Of a stretch of 64,000 bases of DNA, positions 1 to 13,228 are shown one piece after another. Each line of letters starts with the position of its first letter. Positions within the stretch are counted from its first letter, which is position 1. A model generated the notes under the pieces. It searched no databases and was not told where the DNA came from. It saw only the letters and a program-made list of their open reading frames with translations. The translations under genes and the position numbers were made by a program. Source of the stretch: Phoronis australis (taxonomy: Eukaryota > Animalia > Phoronida); contig NMRA01000012.1 in assembly GCA_002633005.1 (NCBI GenBank), positions 1,418,357 through 1,482,356 on the forward strand, read 5' to 3'.

Positions 1-299
1 CCTTTACAACACTAAAACGGCACACATTTAAATCTTGTTTCATCCGTATAATTTTAATTACCGGGGTTAATTAATAAACTCAACATTTCCCTACGCTCTT
101 GCTGTTTTATTTTTTTTTGCGGCAGCCAAGGGGGGGGGGGCACCTGGCCCCCCTAAATCCGCCTATTTACATCGACGTCAAATCAAATAACAACGTTTGT
201 TTAAAAATGAAATACTTTATTGCAACTGAAGACTTGCGATTTTTCTTGCGTTTTTGCATAATCCTTTCACAAAAAATGGAGTGCTTGCATTAATTAGTC

Positions 300-2815
300 A
301 GAGTTGTAACTTACTCTATCAACCGTATCAGCCATGAAAACTCGTACGTCTACTTATAGTCAGACTAAAGTAAATCGGAACTCGGCGACAAAGCAGCCAC
401 TCTGGTGGGATGATGAATTGACTACGGCCAAACAAGCAAAATATGGTCTTTAAAACTGTTTCGTAAAACTCTTCTATCTTTTACCTTAACAAGTATAATG
501 TAAAAAAGAAGGCTTTCTGTGATCTGTTTAAACAGAAAGAGAAAGCATATGAAGCCCGACTTATTGAAGCCATTAAACGTTCCAAAAATAACCCTAAGGA
601 GTTCTAGCAAATAATTAAATCCAATATTCGGACATCCCGCATGTCTTCTACAATTAGTCCGCAGAAATGGCACGACTATTTCAAGGATTTATTGAACCAA
701 AAGTGCTCTATTGACGAGTCTTTGAGTGAATTTTCCAAGCAGGAAATGATTGAACATGATAGTTCCTGTGAAAAGTGTACTAACAATTACCCATCTGATC
801 TTAATACTGATTTTTTTTCGTTTTGAAATATATGAGGCCACTGAACAATTGCTTAATGGCAAGGCTGGGGGTTATGATGGCGTGATTTTTGAAATGCTGG
901 AGTGCACTGAGGTAACGATAGTGCCAGTTTTGCATAAGTTATTAATGCAATTTTTGATTCTGGGTATTATCCCCAGACTTGGTGTGACGCAGTGCTTACT
1001 CCAGTACATAAACAAGGTAATATCAATGACGGAAATAACTATAGAGGTATCTCCCTGTTGTCTGCTTTGGGAAAACTTTTTACGAATCTTTTAAATAATC
1101 GTCTTTATTACTGGGCTGAAAATAATGATAAACTTTATGAGTCTCAAGCTGGCTTTAGAAAAGGCTACACTACGACTGACCAAGTGTTTAAGCTATGTGT
1201 CACAAGTATTTGAGTCTGCAGGGTGGGAGATTTTACTGTGCCTTTGTAGATTTCTCGAAGGCATTCGATCGAGTCCCCCATAATTTACTCTTCCATACAT
1301 TGTAAAACATTGATGTGCATGGTAAATTTTTCAACTTAATCCTCTCCATGTGTAGTAAATTACGCACTTGTGTGAAAACTCAGGATGGTCTTACAGAGTT
1401 CTTTGATTGTACTGTTGGCACTCGCCAGGGTTGCATGATCAGCCCATTATTGTTTGTGTTGTATCTAAATGAATTCTGGATCAATTGAGTGCGAAAAGTA
1501 TTAATAGCATATATCTCGGCGAACAAGTGCCAAGAGTCAACTCCCTGCTGTACGTAAACGACATGGTGTTATGTTCCTCTACCGCCATCAACTTACAACG
1601 TATGCTACATTGTTTGGCAGAATTTTGCGAATTATGGGGCATGCAAGTAAACTTGAAGAAAACTAAAGTGGTCGTTTTCAGAAATGGCGGTCCCCTTAGA
1701 CAATATGAGAAATGGTTTTACAATGGAAATTTGGTAGATGTGGTCTCATTACAAATACATTGGACTACTTATTACTCCAAAACTGAGTTTCGTGTACTAA
1801 AGCCATTAAAGCCTTATCTAGTCAAGCAAATAAAGCTGCCTCTGCGATTTGTAAATTAAAGCGAAGATGTCGTGAACTACGAACTACCCCCGTCAATAGC
1901 CTTTCACTTGTTCGATAAAATGGTTTACCCCTCCCTGTGTTACGGCGCTGAGATATGGGGCTTTAAGGAATATGAACAATTGGAAAATGTAGATATCAAG
2001 TTTTGTAAACGCATTTTAGGAGTATTTAGTTGTTGTTCAAACTCGGCAATTATGGGCAAATGTTGTCGATTCCCATTGTTTACTAAATATTTTGTATCCT
2101 GTATAAAATACTGGTTCAAAATACTGGAGATGCTTGGTAATCGTTGGGTAAAGACTGCATATGAAATGCTTTTTCAGTCACACCCGATCATAAAACCTTC
2201 CTATAATTGGGCAAGTTTTTGTAAGGAAAGTTCTGTCTGTGTATGGTTTTTCAGATGTATGGATTAATCAGGGTGTAGTAAACCAAGCGTATTTCTTGAC
2301 AGTTTTTTTCTCAACGTGGCAACGACTGTTATTTGCAAGGCTGGCAATCTGGTATCGAATGTAACGCAAAGCGAGGTATAAAAGAATGTATTTGGTCTTG
2401 AGAATTATCTAGAAATAGTGAGTATCCCACGTGTTTTTATCCACACTCTGACACGATTGCGATGTTCAAATCCTTCGTTACTAGTGGAAAGAGGTCGCTT
2501 CACAAATATTCCCTATGAAAATAGGTTGTGCGAGTTATGTAATTTGGGATGTGTAGAGGACGAATGCCACCTTGTGTTTGTTTTCAGTGCGTACCAAGAC
2601 CTTCGGATTAAGTACTTTGATCGTTTTTGTCATTCTCCCACGACATCTAAATTTGAATCTCTCATGAGAACTACAGATATCCTACTTCTAAAATTCGTCC
2701 ATCATGCTCTCAAGCGTCACAATTTATTATATAGTTTGTAACGCACCTGACAATGTTCTGTCTTGTACATGTTATGCTTTGGGCCATGGCCATATGTATA
2801 TATTTCAATAAATCA
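300..2815 (+). mobile_element. Degenerate, 5'-truncated non-LTR retrotransposon ORF2 (reverse transcriptase plus C-terminal Cys/His knuckle), probably RTE-X-like
   Basis: Frameshifted ORF pieces carry RT motifs NYRGISLLSALGKLF, QAGFRKGYTTTDQVF, FVDFSKAFD, GTRQGCMISPLLF, LLYVNDMV (YADD equivalent) and VNLKKTKVVVF. C-terminal RLCELC..VEDECH. AATAAA near 2807. The clade call is an inference. Confidence 0.9.
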
Positions 2816-2827
2816 CTATATGATGTT

Positions 2828-5800
2828 CTACATGGTCTGTAAGAATAAGAGTATCAACGACAAACTAAGGCTGACAAGCGACACCTGACAATAGGGAGCA
2901 GCATCAGTTGTTGACGCACGAATTCTCGCAAGCATGCGGACCGGTGCCCCGCCTGACCCCTCAATCTTCATCGGGAGCACCACGATCTCATGCACTTTTG
3001 TCGGTAGTTTATCGAGATTATGCACATTCTCAACAACGTAGATCTGCTTTGCGAACAGCTCTCGGTGAGATTTAAAGTCTTTTGACATACCGCTGTCTAC
3101 CGATGGAGTATCAAAACCTACGCCAAGCACTCTCGGTGATTTATTAGCCAAGTAATTCGCAGCCTCCGGGTGTATGCCAGGGAAGTGGAGATTGCTCGTG
3201 TCGTTACCATGGGGACCAAGAGAACCGTGCGGCCCGGTAAAGTAGTAAGATCGGTTGTTGTAGTGTTTATCCCATCCAAAGTTGATGAGGACAACGGAGC
3301 CACTAACGGAACCTGAATGAAAAGTGCGGAAATAATGTTATTGACAGTAATAACAGCAAAATGTTGGTTTTAGTTTCTAGGTGGAAACACTGACACAAAT
3401 TGCACAAATTTAGTTTAATGGCCTTTGGTTATGTTTTCTGAGGAGTAACAATATCAACCACTTAATCTGTTGCACCAAGGAGTGTAAGAATTCACGAAGT
3501 CGGCCTTTGCTACCAGCTCTACCAATGTCTCTGACCCATGTTTAACGCAGTCTTGATCCTTGGGAAACAGGTAGTAACTAATTTTTTTATCTCGCTAACT
3601 GGTATTATAGCATGCTAGGCACACAACACGTATAACCTCCCTGTGGCCGGTTCGCCCCCACGCTTGCCGACGTACTTGTTTACCGGCTTAACCACAATGC
3701 AACATTCTGACCCATTTCCAATATGGCGGCGTTGCAACTCCGCTATTGTACTTCACTCCTTGCTTATACTTCATTAACTATACTCACGTGAGAATTCGAG
3801 CATAAAGGTCACAGTAAGGTAACAAAAGCACAGACTGTTTACTTGAGAACTTGTGGTTTTTTACCATTTCACGGGTGAGAAACACATGACCGCCGGTTCT
3901 CTTAAATCGGACTGCCTCACCCAAAACAGGACCTCCGGGGATCAAATGGGACCGTCGCACCAGAAAATGGGACTGACGCACCTAAAAACATGACCGCCCC
4001 ACCAGAAAACAGGACCGCCGGGGACTGAACATGACCGCCGGACAATATGCGGTTTCAATCCCCGGCGGTCATGTTCAGTCCCCGGCGGTCCTGTTTTCTG
4101 GTGGGGCGGTCATGTTTTTAGGTGCGTCAGTCCCATTTTCTGGTGCGACGGTCCCATTTGATCCCCGGAGGTCCTGTTTTGGGTGAGGCAGTCCGATTTA
4201 GAGGACCGGCGGTCATGTTGTTTCTCACCCGTGTATTTGATATTCAAACCAAGCGTCTCATTTTGTTTCCATTATATGACGCCAAGTCTTAGATCGTGAT
4301 TGACTGGATGAACTAACTTAGTACGTGACACATTCAGGTACAGTATATGATATTGACGTTGACCTTTGGCTATGGTTACTGGGTAAAACCTGAGGGTGAT
4401 CCATCGAAATTGTAACCCCCGTGTAAAACAGATATCCCGTAGTCAAAAACAGAACTCCGAACCTTCAAAACAGCTAAACCGACCGAAAAACACGAACTCC
4501 GACGTTTAAAACACAAAACCAGACCTTTAAAACAGGAAGCGGAAGCCCAGGGACTCGGACAGGAAATCCGGACACTATTTTTCAAATTTTCGGAGACGAT
4601 GTCAGTAGCCTCAGACATTGAGTTAAAGCATTTTCAAGTACTTTCAAGTTGTTATATGCATTTGTTTGTTAAAAACTGTCATTAATAAAACGTAACTTAT
4701 ACTATATTGACTTTGTGCAACTTGTCTGTGGGCGAATTTCAACGTAGACCATACTCTCAACACCTTGTTATCTCGATGAATATTTAGTTAATTTGAGATT
4801 ATTCAATAATTTCTCCAAGAATATTTTCAAAAATGAAAAACAATAAATATTATTTCGACTTTCGAGTGCCATTGTTGATAAATTCCTTTAAATATCTTTA
4901 CAATTGGCCGCATGTTGGGGTTCGCCAATTTATTTGCCGATAGTATATCATTTCCGAAACAATCAATTTCCCGATTTTGAAATGGACCGCGAGAATTATT
5001 CACTCAGAAGACCTTCACCGTCTCCAATTTCACCGTTCTTTCCCTCAGAAAGTGTACTTCAACTCCTCATCGATCATTAGAATGGAATTTGGAGTCGGAA
5101 TTTCTAAACTCGACGCATTCACACTCTTTTTTGGCAGATCACTGCTGCGATGTTTGCTGATATTAAAATACTAAAAACTTGTAACGAAATGAAACCAGTT
5201 CCAATAATTTGTTGTGCCATGTACGCAACCTCGTGGAAGAACAGTTGACTGAAGATTCAGGGAAAAAGAGACTGGAAAATAATTGAGCAGACGCAATATT
5301 TCATGGCGCTGAAAGCTGACGCAAAAAATAACACGACAATTTTAGTAGCAGAATAACGGTAGAACGCCAGTCGACCATAAGTTATTTTTGAATAAACTCG
5401 TATAGTAAAACAACATATCACAACAACTATTTCAAGTAAGATTTAATTTTTGCATGAAAATGTGAAATTGATCAGTGTCGTATGAACACAAAGCACTAAG
5501 GTCCTACTATTTTCTTGAGAAAAACAATGTTTGACAGAAAGTGCAGGAGTGGTGTTTCGGTCCCCGGGTGTCTTGTCCAGTACCCGGGGTTCGTGTTTTG
5601 AAAGGTCGGGGGTTCGTGCCTTTCGGACTGGTTAGCTGTTTTGAAGGTGCGGGGATTTGTTTTCTAATGCGGGATATCTGTTTCACACCGGGGGTTCCAA
5701 TTTCGATGGAACACCTTGAAAACCGTCGAGTACAGAGTACATCACATGCAACTCACCATGATTTTTCTCCCATTGCTGGACGTCATCCTTCGTCAGTTGG

Positions 5801-6944
5801 TAGTCAATATTCCCGTTCACTTTTGTCTTCACGTCAATTACACTGCCTGGTCCAATGAAATACTTTATGGGGATCTGGTCAATCGTCCACTGTCCAGCGG
5901 CGAAATGGCGCGGGGCATCCATGTGGGTGCCACCATGAATGGGAGAACTGATTTCTTCAGACTGTACCCTTTCGGAGAACATCACAAAGTAGATTTTTCA
6001 AAAGTTTAAAAAAGGTTACGCAGGAGATTATTGACATGTCTGCGTATTCAGCTAAATATCTACAAAACTCAGTATAATTTTTAATTCGGTAAAAGTATAT
6101 AATTACCAGAAAACAGAAAGCTTGAGGAATTTAATTTGTCACACTTTACCAATCTGGTAATAAATGAGGCTTGTGACCGTGTCTTTTTGATGTAAGAGCA
6201 ACGCGTAGCTTTGAAATACCAGTTCACCGCAAACGGTGTGCTTCTATTGGTGGTCATTTGTATCATAAGAAAGGCCGTTACATGGCACAGAATACATTGA
6301 ACTCATTCCTAAATAGGAAGGTGTCGTCGTCTCTCAAAGCTATTTCCCAAATTTCATGAAAATCTGTCAAAGAACTCCAAAGTGTAAACGTAAAAAACTG
6401 TCATTAGGAACCACAACTGTAGTCGAATCCGTCCATTTGTTGTCAAGTTAATAAGAATACAATTGCAAAACTTCGAGGGGTGGGGGGCACCACAGTTGTT
6501 GGACCCGTTTGAAAATCCACGTTAGTCGGCTTGTCAGGAACACATCTGCCAGTTTTCATAACGATCCTGTGCGCAGTTTGACAGATAGGCCTACAGAAGC
6601 AGACGACAAAACAGACAATAAAATAATTAAAACGGTCACTAGTTGGTGCAGAATGCGTCGAATCCATCACAAAAAGAAAATGTGAGGTCCGCGGCCTCGG
6701 GATCCCCTACTGATGTATTCTTAGCTTACCAATATCCACCTGGTGCGTAGCCTTTGATGACAAAGTTCATCTGAAATCCTGTACCTGAGGTAGCACTGGG
6801 CCAGTAGTTGGACTTGTTATTGAAGGGGTGACTCAGATCAATCAGCTTTGACTCCTCAGACTTGTCCTCATCACGAGAGTCACCTCGGCACCCGGAGCAT
6901 AACAACACGAGAAGAAAGGCCGCGGCAGTGTTGAGAGTGTTCAT
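2828..6944 (-). CDS. Cyclase-family metal-dependent hydrolase (kynurenine formamidase KynB / isatin hydrolase-like), copy 1; signal peptide and hydrophobic C-terminus
   Basis: Exons 6730-6944, 5757-5968 and 2828-3312 with GT-AG introns (phases 2 and 1) join to 912 nt, i.e. 303 aa plus stop. Motifs LIDLSHPF, HGGTHMDAPRHF, FPGIHPEAA, GFDTPSVD, SHRELF, YVVENV and PMKIEGSGGAPVR are all intact. Confidence 0.92.
3870..4233. mobile_element. Fold-back MITE, near-perfect 364-bp palindrome with CAC...GTG termini, in intron 2 of cyclase copy 1
   Basis: Arm 3870-4040 is the reverse complement of 4061-4233, around a loop of about 20 nt. The arms are built of about 20-bp (GG/TG)ACCGCC subrepeats. Flanks CATTT and TATTT suggest an imperfect 5-bp TSD. 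Confidence 0.8.
4392..5717. mobile_element. Non-autonomous DNA transposon with long diverged TIRs (about 170 bp), possibly MULE-like
   Basis: GGTGATCCATCGAAATTGTAACCCCCG at the left end vs GGGGTTCCAATTTCGATGGAACACC at the right end, with inverted similarity continuing inward. AAAACC occurs in both flanks (TSD remnant). Confidence 0.65.
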
Positions 6945-7091
6945 GCTGTGTTTGTCCACAGTACCTAACTTAGATTACTACTGAGAACGAAGAGGAGCAC
7001 TCGGCCTACTTGTTGTGTACCTACCCGGCGCGAACTGGTGTACAACTTAGCTCAAGTTCGGTGACTTGGGGGAATTTATTGGTTTGAAGGA

Positions 7092-7121
7092 TAACCAATC
7101 AGGAAGCCGCATTCTGGCTCC
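7092..7121 (-). promoter_or_regulatory. Conserved CCAAT-box promoter block of cyclase copy 1
   Basis: TAACCAATCAGGAAGCCGCATTCTGGCTCC lies about 150 bp upstream of the ATG. The same block is upstream of copies 2 and 3. Confidence 0.55.
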
Positions 7122-8856
7122 ATCATGTCAAAAAAGTTCATATTTACAGTTTACAAAATGTCGTGAGTGTTGTGCGTGAACTTGGGATCATGCTGTATCT
7201 CAAGATTGGGTGTGCGTGGACTTGGGCAATTAGGTAGATGAATTTTTGTTCAGTGTAAAGAATTTTTGTCTCTATAGGCCTCACGATCGCCCATTTTCTC
7301 CTTTTGCCGTAACCTGTGTCACCGAATGGGAGGAATGGGTTAAACCAATTCTTGTTTGGTGAGCCGCAGATCTCCAAAAGCTGAAAAAAGGTTGGTTAAA
7401 ATTTGCATTATTTTGTTAAAACGTAATTTGATTTAGTGCATTCCAAACGTGAACGTGATTATTTGAGTGAAGTTGTCACGTTTCCTCGTGTAGGCCTATT
7501 CCAAGTTCACGCATACGCGATCTTGAGATTAGGCGGAATTCCACGTTCACGCACACCAGTGTTGCTCATGCGCTGGCACAAAATGTTTACTAAGTACTGG
7601 TCTCCTGTATGACAATGGGCTGACATAACTAGACGGTTAAATGACCTAGATCACGAAGCTGCCGGGTCAACGATATAACAGTTTCAACGCAACTGCATGA
7701 TCTACGTCAAAACTGCAAGCTTGATGTAGACTTCTCGGCTTGATCTGTTGACCAATTCAGGTTGACGTTTCCTACGCATTATGTTGCTTCTGTGTGATCT
7801 TCGTTTAATTTGACGTACTGTGCTTTCATGTAAACGTGGAAAAACCTCGAGCATCGTGGTGTTGGGCCACGCGGTCAAAGTTGTAGCTACGTATGGGAGA
7901 AGGTTCAAACTGGAAATACGGACATCTAAACACATCACCTATTTGAGGAATAAACGTGTGTTTTGACTCGACAAATGGACGCATGCTTACACAGTAAAAA
8001 CATGCACCCAGTCACCGAATTGCAAAATTATCAACAAATTGAGCTCAGTGCAGGGAAATGGTTATACATTCCTTAATGTAACAATAAAGCTTGAATTAAG
8101 ACTCACATTTTTCACTTTACAGACCCCGGCTCCAGTTTCAGTGTTTGAACGCATTTTTATGAACAAAACGTGCCTCGTACAGTAGAACAGCACCTGCTTT
8201 TTCGCATTAAATTGGCGCGCGGTCAGTTTTAGCCCGCAAGTAAACGCGCCAGTGGCGTACTAAGGGAGCTAGGGCGGGAGACGTGAGAACGGCTCCGAAC
8301 GGTGACACCCTTGAGGATGACACGCACTTGTCAACCGCTGATCGAGCAGAAACCTGGCCATTTTTTATTACTTTACACTGCATATAGTCATAATTCATCG
8401 AGTTTCACCCTCGAAACCGGCCACTGGTGGGTCTTAAATATATCCTTTAAACAATTAACAGCGTGCTGCCGTAACACGCCGAATCGCCGCTGAGAACAAA
8501 CCGATTCATAAATTGAAAACCCTGTTGGCGAGCCTGTGGCAACTAACCTAGCTGTTCAGCATGGGACCATCCACTGTCGCACGACGGTGTGGCGATCGTA
8601 GAGGGGCAGTGATGCAGACCGCTTGCCCCATATCGAATCTAAAAAGTTTAACGGCGGAGTCAGTGCGACAACTGTCGTCGGAGTTGTTTTATAAAGGTTC
8701 GCCTAGGGTGGTGAAAAAACTTACGGGTACTCGTCAGAGAGTGGGAAGTTATATTGCATTTGTTGCAGTTTGTTTGCAACTACACCAAATGACCTGATAA
8801 ATGATGGAAACTAAACCCTAAAGTGCAAGACCACGAGTCATGCATGTGAAGAGCGA

Positions 8857-11490
8857 TGATATGCCGTAAAATGTAACAATTTCATAAAATGTAACAATTG
8901 TTACATTTTATGTCATCGTTACATTTTACGTTGCTAAGCCTCTCCTAAAATGTAACAAGTTGTTACATTTTATGTAATTGTTATAATTTATGTCGAATGC
9001 ACATGCGAGAAATCTACCATTGTTACATTTTACGAAAGCGACGTCATATTTCCTGAGTTTGCATTGTATTTGTCACACGGAGGAAAACCGTTGACACACT
9101 TAAAGGCGAAGACAACCTTTTTTCATGTCATTTTTAGCAAAAATAGGGTTCGTTGATCATTCCAGACATTTGTTTCACTTATTTACTGCTTTTCGTAATT
9201 TAATTAATTATTCGTGGCCTACTCCGGAAGTGACGTTTTGGGAGGCAAGAATTTTTCATATAGTCTGACTGTGAGAGCAGTCTAGTCAGTCATTGTTCTA
9301 CCTAAGTTGTGATAAGTTCGGTCGTCGTTTGCTTTTGCTTACGAGTCAGTCAACATGTCACGCTGTTGCTGCGTACTGAGGTGTACTCATTGTCTCACGT
9401 ACAGAGGAAGAACTTACCCACTTGCCCGAATGTCCCGCGACACACTCCCACTGGAGGGCTGACCACCCAAACTGCGTACATATCTCAGTCGTAATCTAAC
9501 GGCAGAAAATGCTTGCCACACACTCGGTAACCCTCCACTAATTTGTACGTTGCGTGGACGGGTAGCGCTGCGTCCTTCACATGAACGAGCTAGCTAAGTA
9601 CGGCGAAGTGTGTCATCCTTCGGAAAGCGACGCAAGGTACCCAAAGCGCGCGTGAGACGATAATGAGTACATTCCGGCACGCATCAACAGCGTGGCATGT
9701 TGACTGACTTGTAAACAAAAGCAAACGACTACCGAACTTATCACAACCGAGACCGAGGTAGAACAATGACTGACTCGACAGTTCTCACAGTCAGACTATA
9801 ATGAAAAGAAATTGGCGCGAAACTCTTGCCTCCCAAAACGTCACTTCCGGAGTAGAGGACGAGAAATTAATCGAAATACGAAAAGCTGTAATTAAGTGAA
9901 AAATGTGTCTGGGATAATCAACGAACCTTTTTTTTGCTAAAAGTGACATGAAAAAAAGTTGCCTTCGCCTTTAACGCCTTCTTTCTCAGATAGTGTGAAT
10001 AAAATGTGCCAGGTCGACTTGATAGATGTGTCCCTATGCACTTTGCATGTTTTTTTTTAACATGAGTAGTTTTATAGTATAGTCAAAAATGTTCAGCTTA
10101 CAGTTTCAACTCCACACGAAAGTTTTACAGGATCAGGTAACAAGTTTTTTTATCGTTAAAGCTTTCTTGCAATCTTTTGTTGGCGCTCATAAGACAACTG
10201 TGTATCCCACATTACAGTAAACACGCTTCCCTTGGTATGAACAATAATGACATCGTATTTGGCTAATATTTATCGTATTTCTTCGGGAACGAACGACAAC
10301 AAAATTTTTTCATGGAGAAATTAATTTCGGAAGCCAATTTGGTAGAAAAAAGACCAGTTTTAGTCCACGATAGTTTATTTCGGCCATTGATTTATTGCCT
10401 TGGAGTCATCGCTAATGCCCTAATTGCCCTGCTCTACACAAAAGGAGCAAAACCAAAGTTGCTGATGCCCATGGGTTCTGTCTACCACCTTAGTTTGGAA
10501 TGGCAATTTCTTAAACACATCGTGATGGAAGTAAATAAAAGCACGTTTTTATTTGCTGGCAGGTTGACAGGCCGGCTTTGCCAAAGCAACAGCAAAATAC
10601 CGACTTTGAGCACAGCGAGCCAGTAGTGTAAAAAAGTGGCGGCATAGTAACGTGTGTTATCATTACTGCTTGAACGCTGAAAGAAAGTTCCTATGGCGTC
10701 TAACCTACTTGAAATAGCGGTGGTAACAACATATGAAACCGTGGCGTGTATACATAAAAGTGGAATGCTTAGCTGAGGAAAATATTTTGCACTCTGAAAG
10801 GACATAACCTGGTTTAGGACTATAATTTAAACTGGTACAATAGTCCAAAGAAGCTGACTGGACGTGAAGGCACGTGTCTCATGAGGTGTCACTTTTTGTG
10901 TTGCAGCTCGCATATAAGGGAATTTGACATATTAATCCTTTTGATGCATTGCATTAAATGCTCATATTAAACATTGCTGACTTCGACGTTGGCAGTTGTT
11001 GTTCTGTTAACTCACAGCACTTTTCTAAGAATATTGGGACCCATTCCACGTAAAATCGTTGCGTGTTTTGTATGTCCGTTACCAGCTATTCTAATGACCC
11101 GGTGACCGCAGTCGACTAGTCGTTAGAATTGCCGAAAAATGTCTGCCTCCAGAGTTCAACTTAACACAATTTTTGAACTTCCATATCATCATGGAACGAG
11201 CCCCAGTTCTTTGACAAGGAATGTTTTCAACAAGTCAGAGACAATATTGCGGTCTGAAGTCAGTTCTTTGTGGCAAACTACAGATTAATTTAGTTATATT
11301 TACAAATAATACAGTGCTTGCGATAGTTCAAAAATAATCAATTTTGAAGTTGGTGCACGCCTAAACAAGATTTTAAACCTCAACCTCCTCGTTTCCAAAA
11401 TGTAGGCCTACTCTGCATCCACAGCTTTCAACGAAGACGTAAAATGCAGTTGTTACATTTTACGAAATTGTTACATTTTACGGCGTATCA
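8857..11490. mobile_element. TIR DNA transposon with TG...CA termini and AAAATGTAACAA subterminal repeats, copy A
   Basis: TIR TGATATGCCGTAAAATGTAACAATTTCATAAAATGTAACAA vs TTGTTACATTTTACGAAATTGTTACATTTTACGGCGTATCA. It is absent at the paralogous site near 29710 (CATGTGAA|AGGCACC). The 6 extra bp fit a decayed 6-bp TSD. Confidence 0.8.
9104..9970 (-). mobile_element. Non-autonomous Kolobok-type element (TTAA TSD, AG...CT termini, about 300-bp TIRs, THAP remnant), nested in the 8857-11490 element
   Basis: TTAA|AGGCGAAGACAACC ... GTTGCCTTCGCCT|TTAA. The empty site is visible in the sister host element near 48210 (CACAGTTAACGCC). It is an inverted, further deleted relative of 24028-25353. Confidence 0.85.
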
Positions 11491-12044
11491 GGGCACCTTC
11501 GCTGCCTCGCAAAGTGGAAAACACCGCTGGCAATCGCCATCAGGCAATTGACAACGAATTGGTCACAGTCTTAGTGGTCGGCAAGGCAGTAAAGTGGTAA
11601 AATTAGAGGTAAGTAGGCGCCTAATGCCCCGTGAGATATATATTGCAGAGGCTATTTGACTCAAATACAAATTTGTTTGCCACTGCGTGCGAAGCAAAAC
11701 TTTCCATTCCGAAACTACCATGAGTACGACCTATCCTCGTACAGGGGCAACTTTTGAGCTTATAACAATGTTATCTAAGTATATTCCCTTCTTGAAAGAG
11801 CATTTGGTAAGATTGGAGCAGTCTGTGGCCGTGAGGTGCGCGCCTCATCTGTCTCCTAGGATACAGAACGAATTTATTCATGTGCTGCCCGATCATGTCG
11901 GAGAAATACTAAATGAAATTAAATCAGCCAAAAAACTTCAGAAATGGGAATGACGTTTGACAGCACACCTGACGAATCCCACACAGGCCAAATATCGGAA
12001 ATCATCAGCTGCGTGAAAACTGACGAGTGCAATGTAGAAATAAA

Positions 12045-13228
12045 AAAGAAAAATGACAAGAGAGCAGTCGTCAGACGTGTGTCTATCGTTGACGAACGGA
12101 TCAAAATAAACCGGCAATGTCCAATTCGCAATTAAGTTGACTGGATTCCAGATGGCAAGCAATACTGCGAATCGTCGATTTGTTCGAAGCTATCTTAAAC
12201 ACTACAATCACGCCGTTTCAAGCCTTATATTTATTGGCATTCAAGAAATCGAGGAGGAGTGCTGCAAAGAAAAGCTATGTTCTGTTTTGAAAACGATTTT
12301 CAACATAGCAAACATTTCATTTAAGCGAGTACAGAGAACAGGGATAGAAAAGAAAGCAAAACGTCGGGCTATCATTGCGAAATTCACCTTCTTCGAACAA
12401 AGAGAAAAAATTTGGTCGGGGCGCAAAATTTCAAGGGGACAGATTTTCCTTGGCTAATGGTACAGAGGAGACATCCGCTCATCCCGATTTTGATGGCTGG
12501 AAAGGCGTGCCCATCAGTGAAATCGGTTTTCTAACCAGAGACACACTTCATATCGATCGTGATACGTATTCTTTTGACAATTTCCAAGTCGTCAAGTTCA
12601 AAAAGCCCAGTGACTGTGTGTGAGTGGTAGTGTTTCTATAACTTTATTAACTTTCCTATTTTTCAGACTGCAACAAAATTGTGTTTGGCTGATTGCATGC
12701 AACATGCTTACACAATTTTTCGCCGACGGTAGATTTTTCGTCTCTTCTATTTTTAGCTTAATTCCGATATTGACTTGGCTTGGTTACTGATAGGCCTGCC
12801 TTTTCATTGCTTGTTTTTAGGCATCGACCCACTACATGCACATGTGGGCAGCATTCCATTCAATTCATTTTTCATTGTGCCTACAACTGATTTGCACATC
12901 AACAAAGGTCTATGAATGTGGGTATCGTCTAAGCTGATGCCCAGTGTGTATCATGGAAGTGGTGACCACATTTCAGCCACGCGCTTTTTGTTTTCTTTTA
13001 TATTTTGAGTGGAATTTTTGTTGATTCGCCAACTTGTCTACGTTTTTTGTGCATTACATTTAGTATTTTAATTTGCGAACCCGAGTGGTCATCTCTTTCG
13101 TCGAAATATGGCAAGTACCTTATTATTAAACTACAGACGGTCAAGGGATAAAACTAAGAGAAAGGATGTCTTTGAATTTTTGAGACGGAAGGGGTGTTAT
13201 ATCTATTGTTTGCATGAAACTCATTTCA
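12045..13228 (+). mobile_element. L1/Tx1-type LINE fragment (ORF1 RRM region and start of APE endonuclease)
   Basis: LIFIGIQE..ECCKEKL..FKRVQRTG..RRAIIAKFTFFEQRE is ORF1-like. KTKRKDVFEFLRRKGCYIYCLHETHF at 13150-13228 resembles an APE N-terminus. The segment is absent from the paralogous block near 30300-30370. Confidence 0.7.

Noticed and set aside
3118-3303. ORFs MAPLSSSTLDG... (also 14747-14953) and the antisense ORFs over cyclase and SLC7 exons
   Set aside because: They are alternative-frame or shadow translations of real exons.
10312-10805. ORFs inside the TG..CA element as its transposase
   Set aside because: No recognisable DDE or integrase motifs by eye; left unassigned.
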